Shown here: positions 24,442 to 32,000 of the stretch, one piece after another
How positions within the stretch are numbered: position 1 is the first letter of the stretch
Layout: each line of letters begins with the position of its first letter
Assembly (NCBI GenBank): GCA_964525225.1
Contig: CAZGDX010000003.1
Coordinates: forward strand, 1-32,000
Direction: 5' to 3'
Source: an uncultured Gammaproteobacteria bacterium
GTDB taxonomy: Bacteria; Patescibacteriota; Patescibacteriia; DYHP01
Length of the DNA: 32,000 bases
The notes under the pieces: model-generated
The model's database searches: none
Seen by the model: the letters and a program-made list of their open reading frames with translations, nothing else
Told to the model about the DNA's origin: nothing
Position numbers and translations under genes: made by a program

Positions 24442-25635
24442 CTATTTTTGAATTATTATCTCTATATTATCTTTAACGCTCGGAATGCTTTTTGACCAAA
24501 ATGGCTGTAAATCTATTTTTACGGATTCTACCGCGCTAAAAGTTTTAAAATAATTTATTGCCGCTTCTTTTTCCATTCCCGCAAGCTTGTTTTTATCAAA
24601 AATCTGGTTTGTGGATTTTAAAATTGTCTCACCTTCAATATAAACTTTTAAAATCGCATTTTCGGAAATTAAATCAAATCTTCCAACTTCGGTTTTTAAT
24701 CCGTTGTAATTTATATTTACGAGTTCCAGTTCCGATATAACGCTTTCTTCCAATTTGGTCTTCGCGGTCTGACGCAACGCCTCAATATCATAAAAAATCC
24801 CGACCACGCGCAATTCCATTGAAAAATTAAACTCGTTTGCTCTTTCCCCTTCATTGTTGTCGGAATCAAAAGAAACGATTTCGCTTCCATAAGTCCTGCC
24901 GGCAAAATTTTGCGGAGCGACCAATTCCAATTCCCTTTTCCCTTTTTCCAAAAGTTCAATGGAGAGTTTCTCGGCGGCGCGCGCGATATCTTCTTTTGAA
25001 ACCGCGGTTGCGTTTTCACTCTGAATTTTTGTCGGTCCAGAAAGTTCCGCGTAAATTTCGCTCTGCAAACTTAACGGCAATCCCGGTATCGTCATTTTTG
25101 ATGAGGAAACTTCACTGCTTGTTCCCGGCTTGTCAGCATAAACTTGCGCATTGGCGCTTCCTTTTGCGGGCACCGAAACAGTGTTGTTTAATCTGAATAA
25201 AATATTATCCTGAGTTAAAAGGCGCGTGGTTTTTACTAATGTCTGCGAATTTGAAGTATTATTATAAATAATTGCTTCGCCTGTTGCTTTCGCGTTTTCC
25301 GCCACATAAACTCCGGTTGCCGGTTCTTTTATTTCGCCCTGAATTTTTACGGAAAACAACGCCCCTGATACAGTATCGCGCGAAGCTGGTTCTTTCTCAA
25401 CATTAACGGAAAAATCAAGCGATACTTTCTCTTTCGTAGGAATAATGGTTATTGTGGCTTTAGAAAACGATAAATAAATCATTAGCCCTAAAAGAACAAG
25501 TGTCAAACCCAAAAAAACAGCCGCTATCCTTTTATAAAGCCGCACGTAAACAACCGGTTTTTGCGCCGGAAAATTCATTTCATCTTCATCCAAATATTGC
25601 CCGGCTCTATCGCCAAATTTTCTTTTATATATCAT
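24442..25635 (-). CDS. hypothetical membrane-anchored protein
   Basis: 397 aa with one TM helix (IAAVFLGLTLVLLGLMIYLSF) followed by a beta-rich extracytoplasmic region. First gene of the thrS operon. No family recognised. Confidence 0.65.
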   Translation of the reverse strand: MIYKRKFGDRAGQYLDEDEMNFPAQKPVVYVRLYKRIAAVFLGLTLVLLGLMIYLSFSKATITIIPTKEKVSLDFSVNVEKEPASRDTVSGALFSVKIQGEIKEPATGVYVAENAKATGEAIIYNNTSNSQTLVKTTRLLTQDNILFRLNNTVSVPAKGSANAQVYADKPGTSSEVSSSKMTIPGLPLSLQSEIYAELSGPTKIQSENATAVSKEDIARAAEKLSIELLEKGKRELELVAPQNFAGRTYGSEIVSFDSDNNEGERANEFNFSMELRVVGIFYDIEALRQTAKTKLEESVISELELVNINYNGLKTEVGRFDLISENAILKVYIEGETILKSTNQIFDKNKLAGMEKEAAINYFKTFSAVESVKIDLQPFWSKSIPSVKDNIEIIIQK

Positions 25636-25774
25636 ACCCAGTATATCAACTTTCAGAAATAAACGTTTGGCAAACAGATTTTACCCCATCGTTAACTCTG
25701 AAAACTGATAAAGAATTATTATAGGTTATAGGATTAATGTCCGTAAACAACTGAAAGTTGTATTACTGGGCATA
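25636..25774 (-). promoter_or_regulatory. IR-bounded leader cassette, copy B, abutting the ATG of the first gene of the thrS operon
   Basis: Arms are 25637-25656 and 25751-25770 with the same 7+3+10 architecture, a 94-nt spacer and CATA flanks. Confidence 0.7.
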
Positions 25775-25781
25775 CACTTAT

Positions 25782-25790
25782 ATTTTAACA
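25782..25790 (-). promoter_or_regulatory. predicted extended -10 promoter element of the thrS operon
   Basis: On the minus strand TGtTAAAAT. The -35 is weak (TTACTT). The -10 ends 8 nt before the AUG embedded in the 5' arm of leader cassette B. Confidence 0.4.
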
Positions 25791-25808
25791 CAAATAGAGC
25801 TAAAAAGT

Positions 25809-25844
25809 AAATGTCAGGGACTAAAATTTTCGTCCCTGACATTT
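25809..25844 (-). terminator. rho-independent terminator after dnaE
   Basis: 12-bp stem aaatgtcaggga/tccctgacattt starting directly after the stop codon, with T5 on the minus strand. Confidence 0.75.
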
Positions 25845-28800
25845 TTACGTCATTATATTTTTTATCGCCTCTTGCGCTGTGACAGATCCATCAATCATAA
25901 ATCCGGTTTCCACTTTTTGCGTTGCGCCGGCAGGATTCTTTATTAAAAGGCGAACTTTTTTGTCTCCGGGAAATTGCGCGAAAACTTTTTTTATTTCTTC
26001 AATTTTTTCCGGCGAAGTTGCCTGCCCGACAACAAGATTAAACAAATCTCCATCTACTGAACACAAATTTTGTTCAACTTCTTTTTTTGTTTCTGCAGCA
26101 GGACTCCATTGCCCATAGACCGGAGCGTGTGAATATTTTTTTAAACGCTGACTTTCTTTTCCATTTATTTTCTTTTTTATTTCTTCAATTTTTTCCGGCG
26201 TAATTATTGTTGCCGAATCGCATAAAATTTTAATTCCGTCCCTCTGATTATCTATTTTCCCGGCAACCAAAACCGGCTTGCCGTCCATCCAAACATCTTT
26301 TGTTTTTTCAAAGACCCGCGGGAAAACCACCACTTCAACTGATTCAGATTCGTCTTCAAGAGTAATAAACATCATCGGTTCATCTTTTTTGGTCATAATT
26401 TGCTTTTTAGATGCGACTATCCCGCCGACAAACACTATTTTTCCGCGCTTTTTTTCACTTGACTGATAATCCGGTTTTTCCGCTAAAAAAGACAAATCTC
26501 GTATCCGCGAAGACAAATTCTTAATCAGCGGCGCGTAATCGGAAAAAGGATGTTCCGTTATATAAAGCCCCAAAAGCTCTTTTTCCCAAGATAATTTTTC
26601 TTCTTTTTTTGCCGTCGGAGCATCTTTAAGACGTAATTTGGAAACTTCAATATTTGGCGATAAACTGAACAAATCCGCCTGTTTTGATTCAACGGCTGTT
26701 TTGCATTCGCGGTTATATTCCAAAATTAAATCAACATTCGCCAGCAATTGTCCGCGTTCGCCGAAAGAATCCATTGCTCCAGATTTTATCATTGATTCCA
26801 ATGACTTCTTATTAAAATTCTTGCTTTGGATGCGCGAAGAAAAATCGCTCAAATCCTTAAACTTTCCATTTTTCTTCCGCTCTTCAATAATTGTCCCGAT
26901 AATTTCTTCTCCCAAATTCTTCACCGCGATAAGCCCGAAACGGATTGTTTTGTCGTCAATAAAAGTAAAATTAAGCAAACTCTCCTGCACGTCCGGAGGC
27001 AACACTTTTATTCCCATCTTTTCACATTCTTCAACCACGCGCGCCACTTCTTCTATATCGCCGGATTCAGCGGTTAAAACCGCTGCCATAAATTCCGAAG
27101 GATAATGCGCTTTAAGATACGCTGTTTGATAAGAAACCACCGAATAACTTGCCGCGTGGGCGCGATTAAATCCATAACCCTGGAACGGACGGAACAAATC
27201 CCAAAGTTTCGCGGCATTTTCCGCCGTCAATCCGCCAACAGCCACACATCCTTCTTTAAAAATCTTTTCCTGTTTTGCCATTTCTTCAGGAATTTTTTTG
27301 CCGATGGCTTTGCGCAATTTATCGACTGTCGCCCAAGTGTAGCCGGCAACCGCAATGGCGATTTCCATAATATCTTCCTGATAAGTTATAATTCCGTAAG
27401 TATTTTTAAGAATCGGCTCAAGCCGTGGATCTATATATGTGATTGGAGATTTCTTATGTTTGCGATTAATATATTCGGGAATTGATTCTATTGGACCCGG
27501 GCGATAAAGCGCGATCATGGCCGCAAGGTCAAAAATGGTTGAAGGCGCGAGTTCTTTAAGATATTTCGTCATCCCGGAACTTGAAAGCTGAAACACTCCG
27601 ACAGTAAATCCGTTTTTAATAAGCTCATACGGCTTCGGGTCATCCAGCGGCAATTTTTGCAGATTTATTTCCACGCCTTTTGTTTTTTTGATGATTCTGA
27701 CCGCGTCTCCCAAAATGGAAAGATTGCGGATGCCTAAAATATCCATTTTAATAAGACCTGATTTTTCCGCGCTTTTCATTTCGTACTGAGTAATAACTTT
27801 CTCGCCCCCAGGTTCGCGTTGAACCGGAGAAAAATCCGTAAGCAGTGTCGGGCTGATAACCAAACCGGCGGCATGAACCGAAAGATGCCGCGCGCAACCC
27901 TCGATCCGTTCCGCCAAATCCACCACTCTTTTTACATTCGGTTCGGTATTATAAAGTTCCAAAAATTCAGGAACTTCCTTTTTTGCCCGCTTAAGAGTCA
28001 TCGGAAAACCTTGTTTGCCCATCGGAATAAGCTTTGAAATCCTGTCGCCAAAAGCATACGGAAAACCGAGCGACCGCGCCACGTCGCGCACTCCTCCGCG
28101 GGCAAGCATAGTTCCAAAAGTGCAGATTTGCGCCACTCTTTCCTTGCCATAACGCCCGGTAATGTAAGCCACCGCTTCATCGCGCCGGTTATCCGCGAAA
28201 TCAACGTCAATATCAGGCGGAGACGGGCGGAAAGGATTTAAAAACCGCTCAAACGGCAAATTGAAAAATAAAGGATTCACCGGCACAATATCCATAGCAT
28301 ATGCCACAAGCGACCCTGCGGCCGAACCTCTGGTTGTAACCGCGATTTCGTGGTCACGCGACCATTGCACATAATCGGCAACAATCAAAAAATACGCGGC
28401 ATAACCTTTTTGATTGATGACATCAAGCTCGTAATCCAGACGTTTTAAAACATCTTCCGAAGGATTTGGAATTAAGTTGCGGATTCTCCGGCGCGATTCG
28501 TCGCGCAAATATTCTGCCGCGGTTTTCCCGTCCGGAATTTCAAATTTCGGAAAATTCCATTCCCCCAAAGTTATCTCCACATTGCACCGCTCCGCGATTT
28601 TCACGGTATTATCCAAAACTTCGGAGATATCCTTAAACGCTTCAGCCAGCTCTTCCGGCGAAGTCATTGAATAATCTTCTTTTCTCATTGAAAGCCGGGT
28701 TGGGTCGTCCACGGTTTTGCCGGTTTGAATACAAAGCAAAACATCTTGCGCCTCCGCGTCCTCTTTGAGAACATAATGGATATCTTTTGTGACAACAAGC

Positions 28801-29402
28801 TGAAGCCCGGTTTTTTTTGAAAGTCGTATTAATTTTTCATTAACATCAACCTGCTCCCGCATTTCCGGATGGTGTTGCATTTCCAGAAAAAAATTATCCT
28901 TGCCGAAAATTTCCGCGTATTCAAGAGCGATTTTTTCCGCTTTTTCTTCGTCGTTATTCATTAATGCGCGGCTCACTTCCCCGGCCAAGCAGGCGGAAAG
29001 AGCGATAACGCCATTATGATATTCCCGCAGCGTGTCTTTATCCACACGGGGCTTGTAATAAAATCCGTCCAAATGCCCGATACTTGTGATTTTCAAAAGA
29101 TTTTTATAGCCCTCGTTATTTTCCGCAAGCAATACCAGATGATACGGCTTGGCATCAATGCCCGGCTGTTTATCGCTCATTTTCCGCGGGGCAACATAAA
29201 CTTCAACACCGATTATCGGCTTAATTTCGTGTTTCTTGCAGGTTTCGTAAAATTCAATGGTTCCGTACATGGAACCATGGTCGGTAAGCGCGAGCGCGGT
29301 CATTCCCAATTCTTTGGCGCGCTTAACCAAATCCGGGACTTTTCCCAAACCATCAAGAAGAGAATAGTGGCTGTGAGTGTGAAGATGGACGAAATTAGGC
29401 AT
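25845..29402 (-). CDS. dnaE: DNA polymerase III subunit alpha
   Basis: PHP domain FVHLHTHSHYSLLDG, and palm/fingers blocks conserved (PDIDVDF, GLIKMDILG, FNRAHAASY). About 110 aa of C-terminal extension contain an internal repeat. Confidence 0.97.
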   Translation of the reverse strand: MPNFVHLHTHSHYSLLDGLGKVPDLVKRAKELGMTALALTDHGSMYGTIEFYETCKKHEIKPIIGVEVYVAPRKMSDKQPGIDAKPYHLVLLAENNEGYKNLLKITSIGHLDGFYYKPRVDKDTLREYHNGVIALSACLAGEVSRALMNNDEEKAEKIALEYAEIFGKDNFFLEMQHHPEMREQVDVNEKLIRLSKKTGLQLVVTKDIHYVLKEDAEAQDVLLCIQTGKTVDDPTRLSMRKEDYSMTSPEELAEAFKDISEVLDNTVKIAERCNVEITLGEWNFPKFEIPDGKTAAEYLRDESRRRIRNLIPNPSEDVLKRLDYELDVINQKGYAAYFLIVADYVQWSRDHEIAVTTRGSAAGSLVAYAMDIVPVNPLFFNLPFERFLNPFRPSPPDIDVDFADNRRDEAVAYITGRYGKERVAQICTFGTMLARGGVRDVARSLGFPYAFGDRISKLIPMGKQGFPMTLKRAKKEVPEFLELYNTEPNVKRVVDLAERIEGCARHLSVHAAGLVISPTLLTDFSPVQREPGGEKVITQYEMKSAEKSGLIKMDILGIRNLSILGDAVRIIKKTKGVEINLQKLPLDDPKPYELIKNGFTVGVFQLSSSGMTKYLKELAPSTIFDLAAMIALYRPGPIESIPEYINRKHKKSPITYIDPRLEPILKNTYGIITYQEDIMEIAIAVAGYTWATVDKLRKAIGKKIPEEMAKQEKIFKEGCVAVGGLTAENAAKLWDLFRPFQGYGFNRAHAASYSVVSYQTAYLKAHYPSEFMAAVLTAESGDIEEVARVVEECEKMGIKVLPPDVQESLLNFTFIDDKTIRFGLIAVKNLGEEIIGTIIEERKKNGKFKDLSDFSSRIQSKNFNKKSLESMIKSGAMDSFGERGQLLANVDLILEYNRECKTAVESKQADLFSLSPNIEVSKLRLKDAPTAKKEEKLSWEKELLGLYITEHPFSDYAPLIKNLSSRIRDLSFLAEKPDYQSSEKKRGKIVFVGGIVASKKQIMTKKDEPMMFITLEDESESVEVVVFPRVFEKTKDVWMDGKPVLVAGKIDNQRDGIKILCDSATIITPEKIEEIKKKINGKESQRLKKYSHAPVYGQWSPAAETKKEVEQNLCSVDGDLFNLVVGQATSPEKIEEIKKVFAQFPGDKKVRLLIKNPAGATQKVETGFMIDGSVTAQEAIKNIMT
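25987..26200 (-). repeat. 28-nt direct repeat inside the 3' extension of dnaE
   Basis: ttttttatttcttcaattttttccggcg occurs at 25987-26014 and 26173-26200. Both copies are read as (T/S)PEKIEEIKK. Confidence 0.85.
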
Positions 29403-29415
29403 AGATTAACTGTTC

Positions 29416-29448
29416 TGTGGATAACTATTGACTTTTTTATGTGGATAT
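29416..29448 (-). promoter_or_regulatory. two DnaA-box-like 9-mers upstream of dnaE
   Basis: On the minus strand TTATCCACA (29424..29416, perfect match to consensus) and aTATCCACA (29448..29440, 8/9). Same orientation, 24 nt apart, 14-46 nt upstream of the dnaE ATG. Confidence 0.35.
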
Positions 29449-29474
29449 GTTATATTATATATAGAATACACATG

Positions 29475-29515
29475 AAAAACACCTCCTAATGGTTTCGTCC
29501 TTAGGCGGTGTTTTT
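29475..29515 (-). terminator. rho-independent terminator overlapping the NYN gene stop codon
   Basis: aaaaacacctcctaa / ttaggcggtgttttt (one mismatch) with an 11-nt loop, and T5 on the minus strand. Confidence 0.6.
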
Positions 29516-30019
29516 CTTTTTATACTCCAATTTTTCCCTTAGATTATCCATATAAACTATCTTTTCTTTAGCTGACTTTCTTAAAAGTTCTGAACAGGTT
29601 TCGCGATAAGGGCTTAATACTAATCTTAACTTGTCAGCTTTATATAAATAATCTACCAAACAATAGAAATCTCCGTCGCTAGACACTATTACTGCCTTAT
29701 CGTATTTATCAAAATCAATCATAGCTTGCAATACCAAATTTGCATCCACATTCCCCTTAGGTTTTCCATCTTTGTCCGGTTTGGTGGGTTTAAAAATCAA
29801 TACATATCCGCTCTCTTGCAACGAAGAATACATATCTGTATTTTGTGGCACAAAACCAATAAATAAATACGCGGTTTCTACATTATATTTTTCTTTTAAA
29901 TAGACCCTGAATCTTTTAAAACCCAATTTCCAATCCAAGCTTTGGATACCCAAATTTAAATTTTGAGCATCTATATAGGCATAAATTTTTTCTTTTACAT
30001 TTTTCATAATTATCCGCAT
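29501..30019 (-). CDS. NYN-domain (LabA/DUF88-like, PIN-fold) protein
   Basis: AYIDAQNL ... GNVDANLVLQAM ... VIVSSDGDF acidic-residue pattern of NYN nucleases. The alternative start at 30007 (MKNVKEK) is equally plausible. Confidence 0.75.
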   Translation of the reverse strand: MRIIMKNVKEKIYAYIDAQNLNLGIQSLDWKLGFKRFRVYLKEKYNVETAYLFIGFVPQNTDMYSSLQESGYVLIFKPTKPDKDGKPKGNVDANLVLQAMIDFDKYDKAVIVSSDGDFYCLVDYLYKADKLRLVLSPYRETCSELLRKSAKEKIVYMDNLREKLEYKKKNTA

Positions 30020-30072
30020 AATATTTGCGTTATATTATTCACCCAGATTTTAGCAGAATTTTGATATACAAA

Positions 30073-30096
30073 AAAGACCCTTTGGCAAGGGTCTTT
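30073..30096 (-). terminator. rho-independent terminator after the two-small-gene operon
   Basis: aaagaccctt-tggc-aagggtcttt followed by T5 on the minus strand. Confidence 0.7.
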
Positions 30097-30102
30097 ATGA
30101 AA

Positions 30103-30324
30103 TCACTTTTTCAATGTTTTCAGATACTGCAGAATCAGCGCTTCGGTCAGCTCGCGGACTCCGCCTTCGCGCGCCCAACAATACGCTTCAAACAATATCG
30201 CCGCCATCATCTTATTTTGCTTCCATGCTATCCGATACACCAATTCTTCGGTTTCAGGACAAAACTGCACAACTTTTATATTCCCATCAACATAAAAACA
30301 ACCGCATCTGACATTTTTTGTCAT
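30103..30324 (-). CDS. small hypothetical protein (73 aa)
   Basis: GGGGGAG Shine-Dalgarno upstream, second gene of a two-gene unit, terminator directly downstream. No family recognised. Confidence 0.5.
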   Translation of the reverse strand: MTKNVRCGCFYVDGNIKVVQFCPETEELVYRIAWKQNKMMAAILFEAYCWAREGGVRELTEALILQYLKTLKK

Positions 30325-30342
30325 TTTTTTCTCCCCCTTTTT

Positions 30343-30603
30343 TTACAAAACCACTTTAAACAGCAAACAGCCGTGCTCTTTTCTTAACAACCCGACCAAC
30401 ACTTTCTCTGTTTCGTCCGGCAACTCAACAAAAGACATTGTAGAATCAACTCCCAATTTCTTAATCATTGGAAATCTTTTGAGAATTTTATTAAGAGAAC
30501 TTTCCCTCAAGGCCTTAAGAAATTCGTGCAACTCTTTATCGCTTTTGCCAAAAAAATTGGTGTTGGGTGGCAAAAAACTATGAAACAAAATAAATTGCGC
30601 CAT
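30343..30603 (-). CDS. small hypothetical protein (86 aa)
   Basis: AGGGAGAA Shine-Dalgarno upstream, preceded by a TTGACA-16-TAATAT promoter and a nested palindrome. No family recognised. Confidence 0.5.
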   Translation of the reverse strand: MAQFILFHSFLPPNTNFFGKSDKELHEFLKALRESSLNKILKRFPMIKKLGVDSTMSFVELPDETEKVLVGLLRKEHGCLLFKVVL

Positions 30604-30618
30604 TTCTTTTCTCCCTTT

Positions 30619-30675
30619 ACCCGGTTAAATGCGCCTACGGCGCAATTTCGCCGCGGTGAAATTATTTAACTGGGT
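30619..30675. promoter_or_regulatory. nested triple palindrome (operator or three-way-junction RNA) between promoter and first small ORF
   Basis: The outer 12-bp pair acccggttaaat/atttaactgggt encloses, with no spacer nucleotides, gcgcc-tac-ggcgc and the 20-nt palindrome aatttcgccgcggtgaaatt. Confidence 0.6.
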
Positions 30676-30702
30676 GAATTTTAAAAGAACTTCTTTAGAT
30701 TG

Positions 30703-30730
30703 ATATTACTCTTTTTCGGGGTTTTGTCAA
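30703..30730 (-). promoter_or_regulatory. predicted promoter of the two-small-gene operon
   Basis: On the minus strand TTGACA, 16 nt, TAATAT, located between the upstream terminator and the nested palindrome. Confidence 0.55.
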
Positions 30731-30737
30731 TAATAAA

Positions 30738-30761
30738 ACACCCCGCATTGCGACGGGGTGT
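30738..30761 (-). terminator. terminator after the small membrane protein gene (T-tract on both strands)
   Basis: acaccccg-cattgcga-cggggtgt. Confidence 0.65.
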
Positions 30762-30767
30762 CTTTTT

Positions 30768-31025
30768 TTATTTCTTATGACGTTTCTTTTCAATCATATG
30801 TTTCACCGCTTCTTTGGCGATATCCACTATCAGCCCAAGATGTGTTGCCGAACGTTCCAGCGCGGTTTCAAACTTTTCAATCTTTGCCTTTATATCTTTC
30901 CCGATTTTATGAAAATTCCTGATAATCATCGCCACATAAAACATTATCAAACAGGAAAATATTGCAACCAACCCAACCGATACGCCGATGATTAAATATA
31001 AAATATCTTGCGAAGTATTAAACAT
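30768..31025 (-). CDS. small single-pass membrane protein
   Basis: N-terminal TM helix (ILYLIIGVSVGLVAIFSCLIMFYVAMII) followed by a charged helical tail. Terminator downstream. Confidence 0.55.
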   Translation of the reverse strand: MFNTSQDILYLIIGVSVGLVAIFSCLIMFYVAMIIRNFHKIGKDIKAKIEKFETALERSATHLGLIVDIAKEAVKHMIEKKRHKK

Positions 31026-31063
31026 AATTTCTTTTTTATAAGACTTATGTTTATATTATACCA

Positions 31064-32000
31064 CTAAGAACGCAATTTGGCATCAAGTTTGTTCTCAAGA
31101 TTTTTTACAACCGCGCCCATCGCGCCGTCAACTTCCTCGGAAGTTAAAGTTCGTTCATTTGAAGAAAATATCAAATGGAAGGCCACGCTCTTGCGCCCGG
31201 ATTCAACGCCCTTGCCGCGGTACAGGTCAAAAAGTTCAACGGAATTCAAAATATTTCCCGCTGATTTTCTTACCGTTTCTTCAATTTCTTCCCAATTTTT
31301 ATCTTCCGGGATTATTACAGACAAGTCGCGCGCCACTTCCGGATACGCGGATACCGGCGCATATTTCTTTTCCCCGCCAGCCACTTGCATCAATTTTTCC
31401 AGATTCATTTCAAAATAAACCAGACCTGATTTTAATTTCCACTGCTCTTTTTCAAATTCGCTAAAAATCCCGATTTGCGTTTCCACCCCCCTTTCCGCGC
31501 CCAAATTTTCCAAAATCATTTTTTTCGCGCCCAAAAGCTCGCGATACAAACTCGCGTCATCCAAAAGTTTTGAAGAAATTACCGCCCCGACGCGCAATTC
31601 TTCTTCCGGCATTCCCGCGCCTTTAGGCAAAAATACCCTGCCGATTTCAAACATTTTTATTTCGTCAAACCGGCGCGCGTTTTCCGACACGGATTTAAAC
31701 ATTAACGGCAAAAGAGAAACGCGCATATATTTCTGGTCCGGATTCATTGGATTTTCAAGTTCCAGATGGCCTTCGGCTTTCAGATTCAAAATGGAAATTT
31801 CTTTATCGCCGTAAAAAGAATAATTGTAAATTTCATTAAATCCGGCGCGAACGAGCAATTCACGAATTTTATTTTCCCAATTATGTTTCAAATTTTCCGC
31901 CGGCGGAACAAGCTCGGCTTCCAGATATTTTTCCGGCAATTCGTTGTATCCGTACACGCGCGCCACCTCTTCCACCAAATCCGCTTCGCGATTAACATCG
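31064..32000 (-). CDS. pheT: phenylalanine--tRNA ligase beta subunit (C-terminal part; 5' end outside window)
   Basis: B5-domain block (D)LVEEVARVYGYNELP, then the B6/B7 and C-terminal FDX-ACB domain. The reading frame stays open to position 32000, so the TTG at 31978 is not the true start. Confidence 0.9.
   Translation of the reverse strand, partial: DVNREADLVEEVARVYGYNELPEKYLEAELVPPAENLKHNWENKIRELLVRAGFNEIYNYSFYGDKEISILNLKAEGHLELENPMNPDQKYMRVSLLPLMFKSVSENARRFDEIKMFEIGRVFLPKGAGMPEEELRVGAVISSKLLDDASLYRELLGAKKMILENLGAERGVETQIGIFSEFEKEQWKLKSGLVYFEMNLEKLMQVAGGEKKYAPVSAYPEVARDLSVIIPEDKNWEEIEETVRKSAGNILNSVELFDLYRGKGVESGRKSVAFHLIFSSNERTLTSEEVDGAMGAVVKNLENKLDAKLRS

Noticed and set aside
25987-26200. 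Possibility that the 28-nt direct repeat is a CRISPR fragment.
   Set aside because: There are only two copies, 186 nt apart, and both are in frame inside dnaE encoding the same peptide. There is no repeat-spacer periodicity and there are no cas genes.
30161-30171. 11-nt match (ccgccttcgcg) to the core of palindromic repeat family 1 inside the 73-aa ORF, read as AREGG.
   Set aside because: The flanks do not match the repeat arms and there is no complementary arm to form the hairpin. It could be a decayed copy, but it cannot be distinguished from chance by eye.

Overview
This is a low-GC, gene-dense bacterial chromosome segment with standard stop-codon usage. Nearly all of it is housekeeping. 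Plus-strand genes are prfA, prmC, gyrB, secE-nusG-rplK-rplA, a deoxypyrimidine cluster (dCMP deaminase, kinase-dUTPase fusion, Tmk-like kinase) and gatB. Minus-strand genes are a TlyA-like methyltransferase, rplY, a SEDS protein, an HD-domain protein, miaB-miaA, thrS, dnaE and pheT (runs off the window end). Domain-trimmed enzymes, many orphan membrane or secreted proteins and in-frame palindromic repeats suggest a reduced-genome, CPR/Patescibacteria-like organism; this is inference only. I found no rRNA, tRNA, CRISPR array, transposase, integrase or recognisable defence system. The unusual content is small-scale. (1) Two paralogous ~135-nt cassettes bounded by inverted repeats sit directly against the start codons of the miaB operon and the thrS operon, and every arm difference between the copies is compensated. 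(2) Two families of short palindromic repeats lie in frame inside conserved genes (prmC, miaB, miaA), and one forms the linker of the kinase-dUTPase fusion. (3) A tightly nested 57-nt triple palindrome precedes an insulated operon of two small orphan genes next to a NYN-domain gene. (4) The deoxynucleotide cluster includes a tandem active/degenerate HD protein and a divergent Tmk. All calls come from reading the sequence and ORF translations by eye; no searches or folding calculations were run.
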